64,000 nt of DNA. It comes from a virus. Positions 9,667 to 18,901 of the stretch are shown one piece after another. The DNA is taken from positions 1 through 64,000 of the IMG/VR virus record IMGVR_UViG_3300031227_000032; one strand, written 5' to 3'. The notes below the pieces were generated by a model. The model saw nothing but the letters and a program-made list of their open reading frames with translations. It ran no database searches and was not told the DNA's origin. The translations under genes were made by a program, and so were the position numbers. The first letter of the stretch is position 1. The number at the start of each line of letters is the position of its first letter.

Positions 9667-10098
9667 CTAATTACCAGGCGTGAGGCCGTCCATTTCCAAC
9701 GGTGGCCCCAAGTCGCCCAAATCATCATCATCCTGCGCGCTATCAGTCTGCGCATCATCGTCCTTTTTGCCGAGAAACTGAAAGCGATTGCATACCACTT
9801 CCGTTTTATAGTGCTTAACGCCCTGCGGGTCTACCCAATCGCGCGTCTGCAACCGACCTTCGATGTATAGCTGACGCCCCTTGCGCACGTACTGCCCAGC
9901 AATCTCCGCTTGCTTCGCCCAGACTACGATGTTATGCCACTCCGTTTTGTCAACGCGCCCAGTGCCAGTTTCAGTCGGGAAACTCTCGCTAGTGGCAAGT
10001 GAGAAGTTCGCCACGGCTGTACCGCTTTGCGTATAGCGCACCTCAGCATCCCTGCCGACGTGCCCGATAAGAATAACCTTATTTACTCCAGCCATCAT
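9667..10098 (-). CDS. ssb: Single-stranded DNA-binding protein
   Basis: VNKVILIG, RYTQSGTAV, TEWHNIVVW, YIEGRLQTR, acidic tail. Confidence 0.95.
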   Translation of the reverse strand: MMAGVNKVILIGHVGRDAEVRYTQSGTAVANFSLATSESFPTETGTGRVDKTEWHNIVVWAKQAEIAGQYVRKGRQLYIEGRLQTRDWVDPQGVKHYKTEVVCNRFQFLGKKDDDAQTDSAQDDDDLGDLGPPLEMDGLTPGN

Positions 10099-10451
10099 TC
10101 ACCGTCCTTAATTTGTTGCTGTATTCCATGTAAACCCTCATACATCCAGCCATCATATGTGAGTCGCGTAAAGTCTTTAATACCAGTCCTGCGCGGCATT
10201 GTTTTGTAAGTCCACCATTCTGAACCATCATATTCGCCGCGCTCTAGCCACCATGTATTACCGACTATGACTAAATCAGTGGCAATTTCAGCAGAGCCAA
10301 ACCCATCGTCATATTCCAGCCCTTCAGCTAACTCGCGGAAGCGATCAAATGATACGGCATATTGACCATCAGCAGACCCAACCCACCGCACATCATCATG
10401 TGATAGCTTGTGATAATTCATGGTTGCAATGGTATCATCATATAAGCACAT
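10095..10451 (-). CDS. Conserved phage hypothetical protein
   Basis: YDDGFG...WWLERGEYDGSEWW motif. Confidence 0.65.
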   Translation of the reverse strand: MCLYDDTIATMNYHKLSHDDVRWVGSADGQYAVSFDRFRELAEGLEYDDGFGSAEIATDLVIVGNTWWLERGEYDGSEWWTYKTMPRRTGIKDFTRLTYDGWMYEGLHGIQQQIKDGE

Positions 10452-10455
10452 TAGA

Positions 10456-11634
10456 TCATTCTCCTTTCAGCGTAATAATAGGTTTCAGCTTGTGAACTAC
10501 GTCCAGTATATCATACTGCAATTCGATCACTTTGTCAACGTCCTTATACGCGGCGGGGCATTCATCCAGATACGCCTCATGCGCAGGCGTCAGCGTGTGC
10601 GCGATAGAATCAGCGAACTCCGATACTGATACTGCGCGCTTAGTTGCGGTGCGTGAGCGTACCCTACCGGCCCCGTGCGAGCAACTGTGATATGAGTCCG
10701 CATTCCCTTTGCCGCGAACGATGTAACTTGACGTGCCCATGCTGCCTGGAATAATACCAAGCTCATTCTCGCGCAATCTGGTAGCGCCCTTGCGATGGAT
10801 GATAACATTCTGCCCGAAATGATGCTCCCAAGCTGCGTAGTTGTGGTGAATGTTGATCATGCGTGATTCGTCAAGTTCGATGTTCAGCGCGGCAAGTGCC
10901 TCTCGCATCATCAGCTTACGATTTGCAAGCGCGTAGTTCAACGCCCAGTTCATATCGTGCATGTAATCTTTATGCGCATCAGTGCCGAGCGGTAAAAAGT
11001 GCAGCCCTGGCGGTACGTTGGAATGCCAGTGCGTATTAAGCTGTTTAGCAATGCCGCTGTACCATAGCGCGATATTGAATCCCGTCTTGCGCGATCCGCT
11101 GTGCAGCATAATCCACACTTGGCCGTCCTGATCGTATTGCGCCTCGATAAAGTGGTTGCCCCCGCCGAGCGTGCCGAGTTGCCTGATCTGCATTTCAAGC
11201 ACGTTAGCGAAGCTACGCCCAGGCTTGATATTCGCACGCACTTGCCCGTCAGATTCAGCGCATATGTCCTGTACAGCGTCGGCGCGTGCCTTGCTAATCT
11301 CATCATGCTTATTGAAGCCAGACGGCACACGTTCGCCAACTGCCATCAGCCAGTCAACCCAATATGCATCTGCATAATCACCGCGCATAATGCCAGTCGG
11401 ATAAGCACACATACCGCAGCCGATATCCACGCCCACTGCGCACGGCATTACAGCGCCAATCAGCGGGATAACCGAGCCGATGGTAGCGCCGTCGCCAGCG
11501 TGTACATCAGGCATAACGGCAAGGTGACGGTACAGCATAGGTAGTTTGACAATGTTATCAATCTGCGCTAGTGCTGTAGCTTCAACATCTTCGATACTGT
11601 CTAGCCAGATTTTAGCTCTGTTGTGGTCAATCAT
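10456..11634 (-). CDS. rtcB: RtcB family RNA ligase
   Basis: MPDVH, VGVDIGCG, GTLGGGNHF, LHSGSR, HHNY, HRKGA, IPGSMG, SHGAGR, AYK. Confidence 0.95.
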   Translation of the reverse strand: MIDHNRAKIWLDSIEDVEATALAQIDNIVKLPMLYRHLAVMPDVHAGDGATIGSVIPLIGAVMPCAVGVDIGCGMCAYPTGIMRGDYADAYWVDWLMAVGERVPSGFNKHDEISKARADAVQDICAESDGQVRANIKPGRSFANVLEMQIRQLGTLGGGNHFIEAQYDQDGQVWIMLHSGSRKTGFNIALWYSGIAKQLNTHWHSNVPPGLHFLPLGTDAHKDYMHDMNWALNYALANRKLMMREALAALNIELDESRMINIHHNYAAWEHHFGQNVIIHRKGATRLRENELGIIPGSMGTSSYIVRGKGNADSYHSCSHGAGRVRSRTATKRAVSVSEFADSIAHTLTPAHEAYLDECPAAYKDVDKVIELQYDILDVVHKLKPIITLKGE

Positions 11635-11963
11635 TCGGTTTCCTTTGCTTTGATAATCGCAAGCTCAGCTAGCCCCTGGCATAGATCATTCTCCGCGTTA
11701 GGTACACGTAATTCCATGTCCGTTACAACATCCTGCCAGCATGTGTAACCGTATTTTCCAGCAAGATAGATGATTAGTTCGTCTGAGTTTGGGCAGTCAT
11801 AGTCGTGATGTTCGTTAGCTTGGCGATTCTCTGTGCTGCGGGTACATCCATCATCGAAGATGACAAACCTACCAGCATCATCGCCACCCCAATACCACGT
11901 TGTTTCACCTTGCCGCAACCCAATAGCCTTTAGTTCTTGGCATGTCTTTAGTGATAGCATCAT
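11631..11963 (-). CDS. Hypothetical protein (paralog of 6903..7271)
   Basis: Shared motifs with 6903..7271. Confidence 0.6.
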   Translation of the reverse strand: MMLSLKTCQELKAIGLRQGETTWYWGGDDAGRFVIFDDGCTRSTENRQANEHHDYDCPNSDELIIYLAGKYGYTCWQDVVTDMELRVPNAENDLCQGLAELAIIKAKETE

Positions 11964-12106
11964 TCACTCCCCAGTTGTGCCAGCAGATGCGGTATATCGT
12001 AAATGCCAACGCTGGTCATCATACCGTCATCGTCTGTGATATGGATAGTCGGGAAATCTCCATCAGCGTCAGTAATGCTGAAAGATGGTTTATCATTTTG
12101 CATCAT
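11960..12106 (-). CDS. Small hypothetical protein (48 aa)
   Basis: MMQNDKPSFSITDADG...; fills the gap with ATGA overlaps at both ends. Confidence 0.45.
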   Translation of the reverse strand: MMQNDKPSFSITDADGDFPTIHITDDDGMMTSVGIYDIPHLLAQLGSE

Positions 12107-12393
12107 TCACACTCCTGATATGCTTCGGTACTGCGGTAGCCTACAAACGGATCATACACTACACGACCCTCGCCGTATAGCTCGATCATTATACCACGGA
12201 TGTACTCAACATGCAACGTCAAGCCTAGCCGTTTTGCAACGCGCTTCGGACTCATCACATCACCATCGGACAGCAACGCCATGATCTGCACTTTGCGATT
12301 ATCGCGGATCGCCTCCATTGCAGGCGACATGCGGATGATTGCGTTTTGCGTTACAGACTCGTGTGTGTAGTTACCTAGTGATAGTTGCATCAT
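12103..12393 (-). CDS. Putative winged-helix protein
   Basis: IMALL...MSPKRVAKRLGL...L..EG.V pattern; downstream of TTGCAA-17-TATAAT promoter. Confidence 0.5.
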   Translation of the reverse strand: MMQLSLGNYTHESVTQNAIIRMSPAMEAIRDNRKVQIMALLSDGDVMSPKRVAKRLGLTLHVEYIRGIMIELYGEGRVVYDPFVGYRSTEAYQECE

Positions 12394-12445
12394 ACACTCC
12401 AATTATCAGCTACTACATTATAACATGCTATCAGCAGATTGCAAG

Positions 12446-12673
12446 CTAATCTTCGCGAATCTCAACTTTGGTCGCGTCACCTGCGTATTTTTTCGCAATG
12501 TCTTTAGGCAAGCCACCCGTGCGCTTCAGATGCCGCGTCACTCCGATGGTCAGGCGAGCATTTGTGATACGTCCGTTGCGCCCGAAGTAATGTAGCGTGA
12601 TGTCTACTTTGTCAGCATCGCCAAGCGCGGCGGTCAGTTCTGCAAGTAGTGGTTTGTAGTCTAGGCGTTGCAT
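12446..12673 (-). CDS. Hypothetical protein
   Basis: 75-aa ORF with AAGGAG RBS. Confidence 0.5.
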   Translation of the reverse strand: MQRLDYKPLLAELTAALGDADKVDITLHYFGRNGRITNARLTIGVTRHLKRTGGLPKDIAKKYAGDATKVEIRED

Positions 12674-12674
12674 A

Positions 12675-13763
12675 CTACTCTCCTTTGAAACTCACTTTGC
12701 TAATTGCTGGAATGATATTCCCCTTGCCGTCCTTTTTCGCCACTACAATACCTGATACATGCGTCGGTAAATGCTCTTTGGCGACTGCCGCTGCGTCTCT
12801 GCTGGTATCAGTGCTGGGGATGTATGCGGCGCTTGCTACAACACCGTTATAATCCAGCTCAATCCAGTAGCGATCATTGCCGTTATCAGTGAACGAGATA
12901 CAGCGGTATTCCTCATGCCTGCCCAGTGGCCACTCATCGCGCCACGTCGGGGCTTTCGTCTCAGCCTTGGCAGGTGTGGCGGGCTTGGGTTTCGGCGCAG
13001 TGGCGGGCTTCTGTGCGGGCTTAGGTGCTGGCTGAATAGGCGGGCAGTCTGCGGCTTCCGGTTTCGCGTCTGGCAACATCTCAGCGCCACCGTCTAGCCA
13101 ATCGGCGATCAGCTTGCCATGATCCGGTGTGAGCTTGCCAATGATACCATCGAATAGCCCAGTCCGATCTTTGCTGGTTTCCGCCTCATGGTTCATCGCA
13201 ATATCGAATACGGTAGTAAACTCGTATTCCATTCCCTCGCGCTGTACCGGTGCCATGCCAACTTTGATCGGCGCTTGCTTGCCGCGATTGTTTTCCTGCA
13301 GGATGTATTCCTGCTTACTACGCATTGTAGTAATGACATGCACCTTGGCTTGCAGGATGATCGCCTTAAACTGCTCATGCTGTTTCGTGATTGTAGCCCA
13401 GTTCGTATAGCTGTTACCGCCGCGTGCGTCTAACGCTTCCTTCTGCTGGAGTAAGCCGCCGTCGCCCGCCCAGCAATGTGTCAGACTGTCGATAATCAGT
13501 ACGTCATACCCTGCTTGTTCAGCGGCTTTGATCGCCTGGACATACTTATGTACTGTGAACGGTGCTTCAATGGTCAGCGCGTCATAATCACACAGACCGG
13601 AGTATGCTTCACCGCTACCATTCTCAGTGTCAATCATCGCAACCTTGCTACCAAGTCCGCGTGCGAGTTGTAGCGCGCTGTAAGTCTTGCCGCTGCCAGA
13701 TGGCCCCGTGATGGCAAGTTTGATAAACATACGTCGCCGTGTAGCCTTGTGGAATCCTGTCAT
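12675..13763 (-). CDS. AAA_24 / Sak4-like recombination ATPase
   Basis: GPSGSGKT, IDTE, IIDSLTH, MEYEF, KDRT; Pro/Lys/Ala linker and extra C-terminal domain. Confidence 0.85.
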   Translation of the reverse strand: MTGFHKATRRRMFIKLAITGPSGSGKTYSALQLARGLGSKVAMIDTENGSGEAYSGLCDYDALTIEAPFTVHKYVQAIKAAEQAGYDVLIIDSLTHCWAGDGGLLQQKEALDARGGNSYTNWATITKQHEQFKAIILQAKVHVITTMRSKQEYILQENNRGKQAPIKVGMAPVQREGMEYEFTTVFDIAMNHEAETSKDRTGLFDGIIGKLTPDHGKLIADWLDGGAEMLPDAKPEAADCPPIQPAPKPAQKPATAPKPKPATPAKAETKAPTWRDEWPLGRHEEYRCISFTDNGNDRYWIELDYNGVVASAAYIPSTDTSRDAAAVAKEHLPTHVSGIVVAKKDGKGNIIPAISKVSFKGE

Positions 13764-14224
13764 TACATAGCCTCCAAGTTGGGTCGTGATTCAATCATCT
13801 GGCGAAGTTCGTCACACTCGAACATCTTGAGTTCATATCCACGGTTACAATCCCCAAGGTGCAATGCGGCCCACTTCTCAGAGCGCGCATTGAGCCATGT
13901 GAGTATCCACTTCACGCTCAGCACGTCACCGTCGCCTGCCTTGATACATGCCATGCCGAAGTCGATGGCGGTGGCGTCGTCAAATGCAATGGTGTTGACG
14001 TTGCTCATACCGTCGTCGCCAATGGCGACACTGGCATCTATCCAAACGTGGTCATCGACACGTTCAACGCCTATACTGCAATCATCACGGGTGGCCCCAT
14101 ACCACCGCTTCGGCAGCGCGTCAAGCTCGGCCTGGATTCTGCCCTCAACCACCACCCTAATTACTGGGTCAAACAGATCAGGGGCAACTTCCAACGCAAT
14201 CTCTAGCTTCTCTTTCCTGTCCAT
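13763..14224 (-). CDS. Hypothetical protein
   Basis: 153-aa ORF with 1-nt overlaps. Confidence 0.55.
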   Translation of the reverse strand: MDRKEKLEIALEVAPDLFDPVIRVVVEGRIQAELDALPKRWYGATRDDCSIGVERVDDHVWIDASVAIGDDGMSNVNTIAFDDATAIDFGMACIKAGDGDVLSVKWILTWLNARSEKWAALHLGDCNRGYELKMFECDELRQMIESRPNLEAM

Positions 14225-14781
14225 TACTCACCATCCTTTATCATTGCTAACTGTTTCATCACTGCTCTGGAATAGCTCGTACTATTCAGATGTTTCCCTG
14301 TGTTGTAATACGCGGCGGCAGGCTCCCACGTTGTATCATCGTCAATGTCATATCCACCGCGCAGTAAGATCATACCACACACAGTCACATTGTCAAGTAA
14401 ATCATCGAGATTCACCGGCAATCCGATTTGCTCCGATGCCCAGTTCTGCCACGGGCAACGATGCACCTGACCCCACCCGATAGCGCGTCCGTTATCTCCG
14501 CGTTGCACATTGCCGTCGGCATCATAGTGATTATTGCGCGATTCGACATGCCCGATTGCCAGCAGGTAGCCAGGTTCGATGCTCAGCCCATCCGCTACGG
14601 TTTTGATCGAAGCCACAAGCTCATCGCTACAAGCGCGATTATCGGCGGCAAGCTCCCATGTCGGTGTATCGTCGGCACTCCAGTTCGCACACGCGCTACA
14701 TACGGTCATGGTACAGGCACCCGCAACGGTGGCCATCAGCAGAAACGCGCAGCATAGTATAGTGCATCCGTTGTTAGTCAT
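14224..14781 (-). CDS. Lytic transglycosylase (SLT-like), signal-anchored
   Basis: LLAIGHVES catalytic Glu, AIGWGQV, AAAYYNTG; hydrophobic N-terminus. Confidence 0.8.
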   Translation of the reverse strand: MTNNGCTILCCAFLLMATVAGACTMTVCSACANWSADDTPTWELAADNRACSDELVASIKTVADGLSIEPGYLLAIGHVESRNNHYDADGNVQRGDNGRAIGWGQVHRCPWQNWASEQIGLPVNLDDLLDNVTVCGMILLRGGYDIDDDTTWEPAAAYYNTGKHLNSTSYSRAVMKQLAMIKDGE

Positions 14782-15361
14782 CGCGTCCCGCCTTAATGCG
14801 TGCAGCTAGTACCTGTGCGTTCTGCAGTGCGGTGATTAGTTCAGGCGTAATATCAATGGACAGCTCATCATCTGGAATGTCGATGTATGGCCTCCCGTCT
14901 TGGTCAACGCAAACACCGCCGACAAGTTCAATGCACCAGTGATACATTTTTGTTGGTTTGAGGTGCTCAATGTGCGGCCACGGATCATTCATGTGAAAGC
15001 CTGCAATTTGACGCCATATCCTAAGCTCACTCAGACCGCCGAAATTGCAGGGCGGGTAGATCGGTTCAACTCTTTTATGTTCAACGTCATCAGGATATCC
15101 CTGATACATGTTCTGAGATGAAAGCGTTAAGTCACGTTGATCAGGTTTATAGCTCGGTATATCGCACTCTGTGACTGTTGCATACCTCACAAATTCAACC
15201 ACTCCACCAACCCACGTCTCCGGTGTAATCCGCACACCGCCCAACGTCATGCTGTCGTCAGAGTTAGCCTCATCATACCAGTTAAGCTGTTTCATCGCAC
15301 ACCTCAAAGCCATCAGTATTGCCGTCTGACCGCTGACCCATCCATCCAGACGGATATTCAA
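14774..15361 (-). CDS. Hypothetical protein (paralog of 6100..6558)
   Basis: C-terminal PELITALQNAQVLA. Confidence 0.55.
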   Translation of the reverse strand: MNIRLDGWVSGQTAILMALRCAMKQLNWYDEANSDDSMTLGGVRITPETWVGGVVEFVRYATVTECDIPSYKPDQRDLTLSSQNMYQGYPDDVEHKRVEPIYPPCNFGGLSELRIWRQIAGFHMNDPWPHIEHLKPTKMYHWCIELVGGVCVDQDGRPYIDIPDDELSIDITPELITALQNAQVLAARIKAGRDD

Positions 15362-15575
15362 TGACGACAGTACCGGTGGTCAACTCAATATCATAAGGCA
15401 CCGGATCACCATGCTCACTTTCAAAAAAGCGCAACGTGCCAGGTTTGGATAGCCGCCATACTGTGACTAGGAAGCCATCGCTAATGCGACGCATCTGTAC
15501 TGGTACGTCATCGACCCCGATCAGCGCATTCGGCTTGCAGGTTGGCATGTCCATATCAATGTAGTTACTCATCAT
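15282..15575 (-). CDS. Hypothetical protein
   Basis: ORF with GGAGG RBS; overlaps the next gene. Confidence 0.45.
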   Translation of the reverse strand: MMSNYIDMDMPTCKPNALIGVDDVPVQMRRISDGFLVTVWRLSKPGTLRFFESEHGDPVPYDIELTTGTVVIEYPSGWMGQRSDGNTDGFEVCDETA

Positions 15576-15852
15576 CCTCATCCTCCACGCTATCTACCAT
15601 ATCACACAGCAGAGTAATGTTATCCGCTGTCTGCAACGCAACGTCATACGCCGCTTCCTGCCATACGCCGGTGTCAATGTCACGATAGCTGAATGCCTTG
15701 CGCAGCGTTTCCGCCATGAGGCGCAGTTCCTCAATGTTGCCGATCGTCACGGTATCGCGCATCGCGGTAGTGCGTGCGTTCAGTTCGGCTACCTTGCCGT
15801 TCAGTACCTCGCGTGCCATCGTGCGCGCCTTTTCAAATTGATCATTTGTCAT
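15565..15852 (-). CDS. Hypothetical coiled-coil protein
   Basis: 95-aa ORF with GGAGG RBS. Confidence 0.55.
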   Translation of the reverse strand: MTNDQFEKARTMAREVLNGKVAELNARTTAMRDTVTIGNIEELRLMAETLRKAFSYRDIDTGVWQEAAYDVALQTADNITLLCDMVDSVEDEDDE

Positions 15853-16192
15853 TTTCAGCCTCCAATAATACTCTCTGCTTGTCTGCGATCCCCTGTATCT
15901 CAGCGTCCATCATGCCGGTAATGAGGATCAGCTCACCGGTCAGCGCGTCGTTTTGTTCCTGGTCGATATGCGGGTATAGCATGACGCGAACCTTGGCGCA
16001 ATGCACGCCCAGCGAGTTCATGCCAGACTGCACGGCCTGGATAGCCGCGTTACTTGCTACCACACAGTGCGATAGATTCTGTCCACTGATGAGCAGGCGC
16101 TTTTGTGTGACTTCAAGTGCGCGCACGGCGTGATTCAGCCATGCTGCGTATGCCAGCAGTAGAATGATAATGGCTATGAGTACGTATGTCAT
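15842..16192 (-). CDS. Membrane-anchored hypothetical protein
   Basis: N-terminal TM helix YVLIAIIILLLAYAAWL; GGAGG RBS. Confidence 0.6.
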   Translation of the reverse strand: MTYVLIAIIILLLAYAAWLNHAVRALEVTQKRLLISGQNLSHCVVASNAAIQAVQSGMNSLGVHCAKVRVMLYPHIDQEQNDALTGELILITGMMDAEIQGIADKQRVLLEAENDK

Positions 16193-16196
16193 ACAT

Positions 16197-16260
16197 CCTC
16201 CAGTGGCAACGCGGATGGGTTAGCATCGGGACGTATCCCGCCACCCGCGCTACCTGGAGG
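16197..16260 (-). promoter_or_regulatory. Long 5' leader hairpin sequestering the RBS
   Basis: CCUCCAG pairs with CUGGAGG; 14-bp stem with G-U pairs; internal CGGGA-UACG-UCCCG hairpin. Confidence 0.6.
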
Positions 16261-16296
16261 TTGAAATGTTGTTGCTGTCGTTGTCATACGATGGAT

Positions 16297-16388
16297 AGCT
16301 TAACATAGCGTTGCGCGAATGTCAAGCGGATCACGCAAAATCGCGGAATAACTTACAGCTTGACAAACGCGGTAGGGTGTGGTATAAT
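16297..16388. promoter_or_regulatory. Divergent sigma70 promoter pair at the strand switch
   Basis: Minus: TTGACA(16325)-17-TAAGCT; plus: TTGACA(16360)-17-TATAAT with TGTG. Confidence 0.8.
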
Positions 16389-16419
16389 GATTGCGTAGTG
16401 AAATTTTGGAGTATGAGTG

Positions 16420-16581
16420 ATGACTACCAGACAAGAGACGTTACATTATTTTAGGAACAGGGGGCCGCGTGGCTCATATTGCAGAGCATCACAGCACTTA
16501 GCAATCAGGCTTGATATTATGTGGCGCGAAGTATATAAGGTATTGCCAGCATGGATACGTAAACTATTGGAGGTAAAGTGA
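16420..16581 (+). CDS. Small hypothetical protein (53 aa)
   Basis: MTTRQETLHYFRNRG...; GGAG RBS; GTGA overlap with the next gene. Confidence 0.45.
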   Translation: MTTRQETLHYFRNRGPRGSYCRASQHLAIRLDIMWREVYKVLPAWIRKLLEVK

Positions 16582-17033
16582 TGAACAAGCTAGACGACAT
16601 GTTGCGTGAGATCATAAAACAGGCAGAGGCGGCAAGCGGTTGGTATTGTCCAGTCTGTCAACGCGGTGTGCGCCCTGAAGATGTTACATGGGAAGCACAT
16701 CACACCGAATGCGGCGCGGGCGTTATCATATCTGAGGAGGGCATTGTATCACGGCTAGCGAGGGCGCTCCGCGCGGCAGTTGGTCAGCGTGATAAGATGA
16801 TCGTTGAAGTTTTTGCGCGCATGAATGGCATTGATGAGCTAGGCTTGGCGGCGATAGCGAAAGACCTGGATGACCTGAAAATCACCGGTATACTGGATGG
16901 CAATTACAAATGCCCCGACTGTGACGGTGACGGTGATCTTGGCGCTGCCCCCGACTGGCGGCTGATCGCGTGCGAAACATGCGGAGGTCATGAGGATTCT
17001 TTGGGCACAGGCAAACTGCCGCCGTCATTTTAG
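16578..17033 (+). CDS. Zinc-binding hypothetical protein
   Basis: CPVC...HxxC, CPDC...CETC motifs. Confidence 0.6.
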   Translation: MMNKLDDMLREIIKQAEAASGWYCPVCQRGVRPEDVTWEAHHTECGAGVIISEEGIVSRLARALRAAVGQRDKMIVEVFARMNGIDELGLAAIAKDLDDLKITGILDGNYKCPDCDGDGDLGAAPDWRLIACETCGGHEDSLGTGKLPPSF

Positions 17034-17041
17034 ATAACCAC

Positions 17042-17102
17042 TTGACATTCCGTATTGACCATGCTATACTTAGATCAGTTAGCAATCAGGGAGACGGAAA
17101 TG
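17042..17102 (+). promoter_or_regulatory. Promoter plus conserved CAGTTAGCAA leader (copy 1)
   Basis: TTGACA-17-TATACT-5nt-CAGTTAGCAA...GGAG...GAAATG. Confidence 0.8.
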
Positions 17103-17477
17103 AAACGCAATAGCAAACAACCTCAAATACCAGCAGCAGCGCAGATCATTGATCGCGCAACCGCTGATACTGTCACAGTGACGCGGTGGACATGTGAGCA
17201 GTCAGGCGGATACCGGACGGATTACAAGCCGGTACGTACTGATTATATCCTATGTACCAACTCCGCTCAGCCAGAGCAGAACACAACGCTCCGTTATACT
17301 GGGCGCAACATTTCCACCGCTGCTGAAATTATGACTCGCGCACATTACATTGCGGCCCGTGTGAATGATGGCATGAGCTATAAGGATGCGGCGGACGCGG
17401 CAGACAACGCGGGCAGTCTTGGTATGTGCCACCGTCACCCTGATCAAGTACATACTAATGATGGCTCTGAAAAATAA
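17100..17477 (+). CDS. Hypothetical early protein
   Basis: Start MKRNSK after leader and RBS. Confidence 0.6.
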   Translation: MKRNSKQPQIPAAAQIIDRATADTVTVTRWTCEQSGGYRTDYKPVRTDYILCTNSAQPEQNTTLRYTGRNISTAAEIMTRAHYIAARVNDGMSYKDAADAADNAGSLGMCHRHPDQVHTNDGSEK

Positions 17478-17500
17478 GCGGGGCATTTTCTCCAAACCCC

Positions 17501-17561
17501 TTGACATTCTAACAAATCCATGTTATCATCTTATCAGTTAGCAACAAGGAGAAACGAAATG
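17501..17561 (+). promoter_or_regulatory. Promoter plus conserved leader (copy 2)
   Basis: TTGACA-17-TATCAT-5nt-CAGTTAGCAACAAGGAGAAACGAAATG. Confidence 0.8.
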
Positions 17562-17720
17562 ACCGACATTAAAACAAACGCGAGAAACAGAGGATACCAG
17601 GACGGATTAGACGACGCCCTGAACAACACAGAAGCCAACCTGCTCAGCGATGTGTACAACAACAGCATCGACTACGTTGAAGGTTACTATGAAGGACGCA
17701 AGGACGGCAAGCACAGTTAA
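17559..17720 (+). CDS. Small protein with GY.DG / Y.EGY.EG motifs
   Basis: 53-aa ORF after leader. Confidence 0.55.
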   Translation: MTDIKTNARNRGYQDGLDDALNNTEANLLSDVYNNSIDYVEGYYEGRKDGKHS

Positions 17721-17743
17721 AGCAACAGTAGCAACCGTCGAAT

Positions 17744-17773
17744 AAGCCCCGCTTAACGGTGGGGCTTTTGTTT
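17744..17773 (+). terminator. Rho-independent terminator
   Basis: AAGCCCCGC...GTGGGGCTTTTGTTT. Confidence 0.75.
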
Positions 17774-17793
17774 GCGCTATTTTCCGCAACAGC

Positions 17794-17822
17794 TTGACAA
17801 ACGCGGGGAGTTGTGGTATACT
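17794..17822 (+). promoter_or_regulatory. Sigma70-type promoter
   Basis: TTGACA-17-TATACT with TGTG. Confidence 0.75.
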
Positions 17823-17860
17823 TAATCAACGCGGCGAATGATCGCGCAAAGGAGACTGAT

Positions 17861-18499
17861 ATGGGCTGTGATATCCATATGTTTGTAGAGACGCGGCGCA
17901 ATTCGGACGCGCCGTGGCAGATGGTAGGTAAGGCGTGGCACGCTTGGTGGAAAGATGATCTAATTCATGCACCTTATGATGATCGGAATTATTTTACCTT
18001 TGCTATTCTGGCAGGGGTGCGGAACGGGTATGAAATTACGCCGATTGCGGAGCCGCGCGGCTTGCCTAATGATATGAGCACTGGGCTTCGTGAGCAACTA
18101 AAGGCGTCAGACGTTGACGATGAATCGCCGTATATCGGAGAGCACGGCCTATCGTGGCTAACCCTTGGCGAGCTTTTGGCGCATGACTGGGCGGCAGTAC
18201 AGGAATTGTGTGGATGTGTCGATGAGGAGCACTATCGGGCGTTCCGGTCGGGATACGGGCCACCGCAGCAGTACAGCGGCGGCGTGTCCGGCGGCCCATC
18301 GCGGATTGTCAGCAATGAAGAATTGAATGCGATCATTGACGGCAAAGCGGAGCGCAGCGTTCATCACTATTACACTTGGATAAAGTGGCAAGAGCCTCAT
18401 AGCGAGATTTGCGATACGTTTTATGATGAGGCAATTCCAAGGCTGCAATCGCTCGGCGATCCTGAAAACGTCCGCATAGTATTTGACTTTGATAGCTAA
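17861..18499 (+). CDS. Conserved phage protein (MGCDIH...RNY.LFA.LAGVRN...PRGLP...R.VF.FDS family)
   Basis: Characteristic motifs; AAGGAG RBS. Confidence 0.75.
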   Translation: MGCDIHMFVETRRNSDAPWQMVGKAWHAWWKDDLIHAPYDDRNYFTFAILAGVRNGYEITPIAEPRGLPNDMSTGLREQLKASDVDDESPYIGEHGLSWLTLGELLAHDWAAVQELCGCVDEEHYRAFRSGYGPPQQYSGGVSGGPSRIVSNEELNAIIDGKAERSVHHYYTWIKWQEPHSEICDTFYDEAIPRLQSLGDPENVRIVFDFDS

Positions 18500-18505
18500 A
18501 GGCAA

Positions 18506-18901
18506 ATGATGATTGATCTACCGATGAAACCATTCCATCAGCGGCTAATCGCCAAGGGTGACAAAACTACCACGTTACGCGGCAAGGTGTGGCGACCTGA
18601 TACGTATAGGATGTATGGCTATGGTGAGAGTGTAGGGAATGCTTACATGGAATTGCTATGCGAGTATACAGCGCCGGTGTTCATCGTATTTGAAGCTGAC
18701 GGGATGCTCGACTGGACACGGCAAACGATCAGCGGCAAATACTGGCTAGCGAAGTCTGAGGGGTATGAGTCAGTAGCGGAGTTTGAATCGTTCATGCGCT
18801 GCTGGAAGATATGGGGCAAGCCGTTCGGTGAACGCTTCATTACAGGCGAGCGTAACCTATGGCTGCATAGTGTAGTGTATGTGGAGGCAAATGATGAGTA
18901 G
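18506..18901 (+). CDS. ASCH/PUA-like protein
   Basis: I..G.KTTTLR motif and A.SEG.ES..EF. Confidence 0.55.
   Translation: MMIDLPMKPFHQRLIAKGDKTTTLRGKVWRPDTYRMYGYGESVGNAYMELLCEYTAPVFIVFEADGMLDWTRQTISGKYWLAKSEGYESVAEFESFMRCWKIWGKPFGERFITGERNLWLHSVVYVEANDE

Noticed and set aside
13749-14483. Long antisense ORFs (also 57413..58033, 9307..9870, 41350..41883)
   Set aside because: Shadows of well-supported minus-strand genes; Ser-rich with no RBS or motifs
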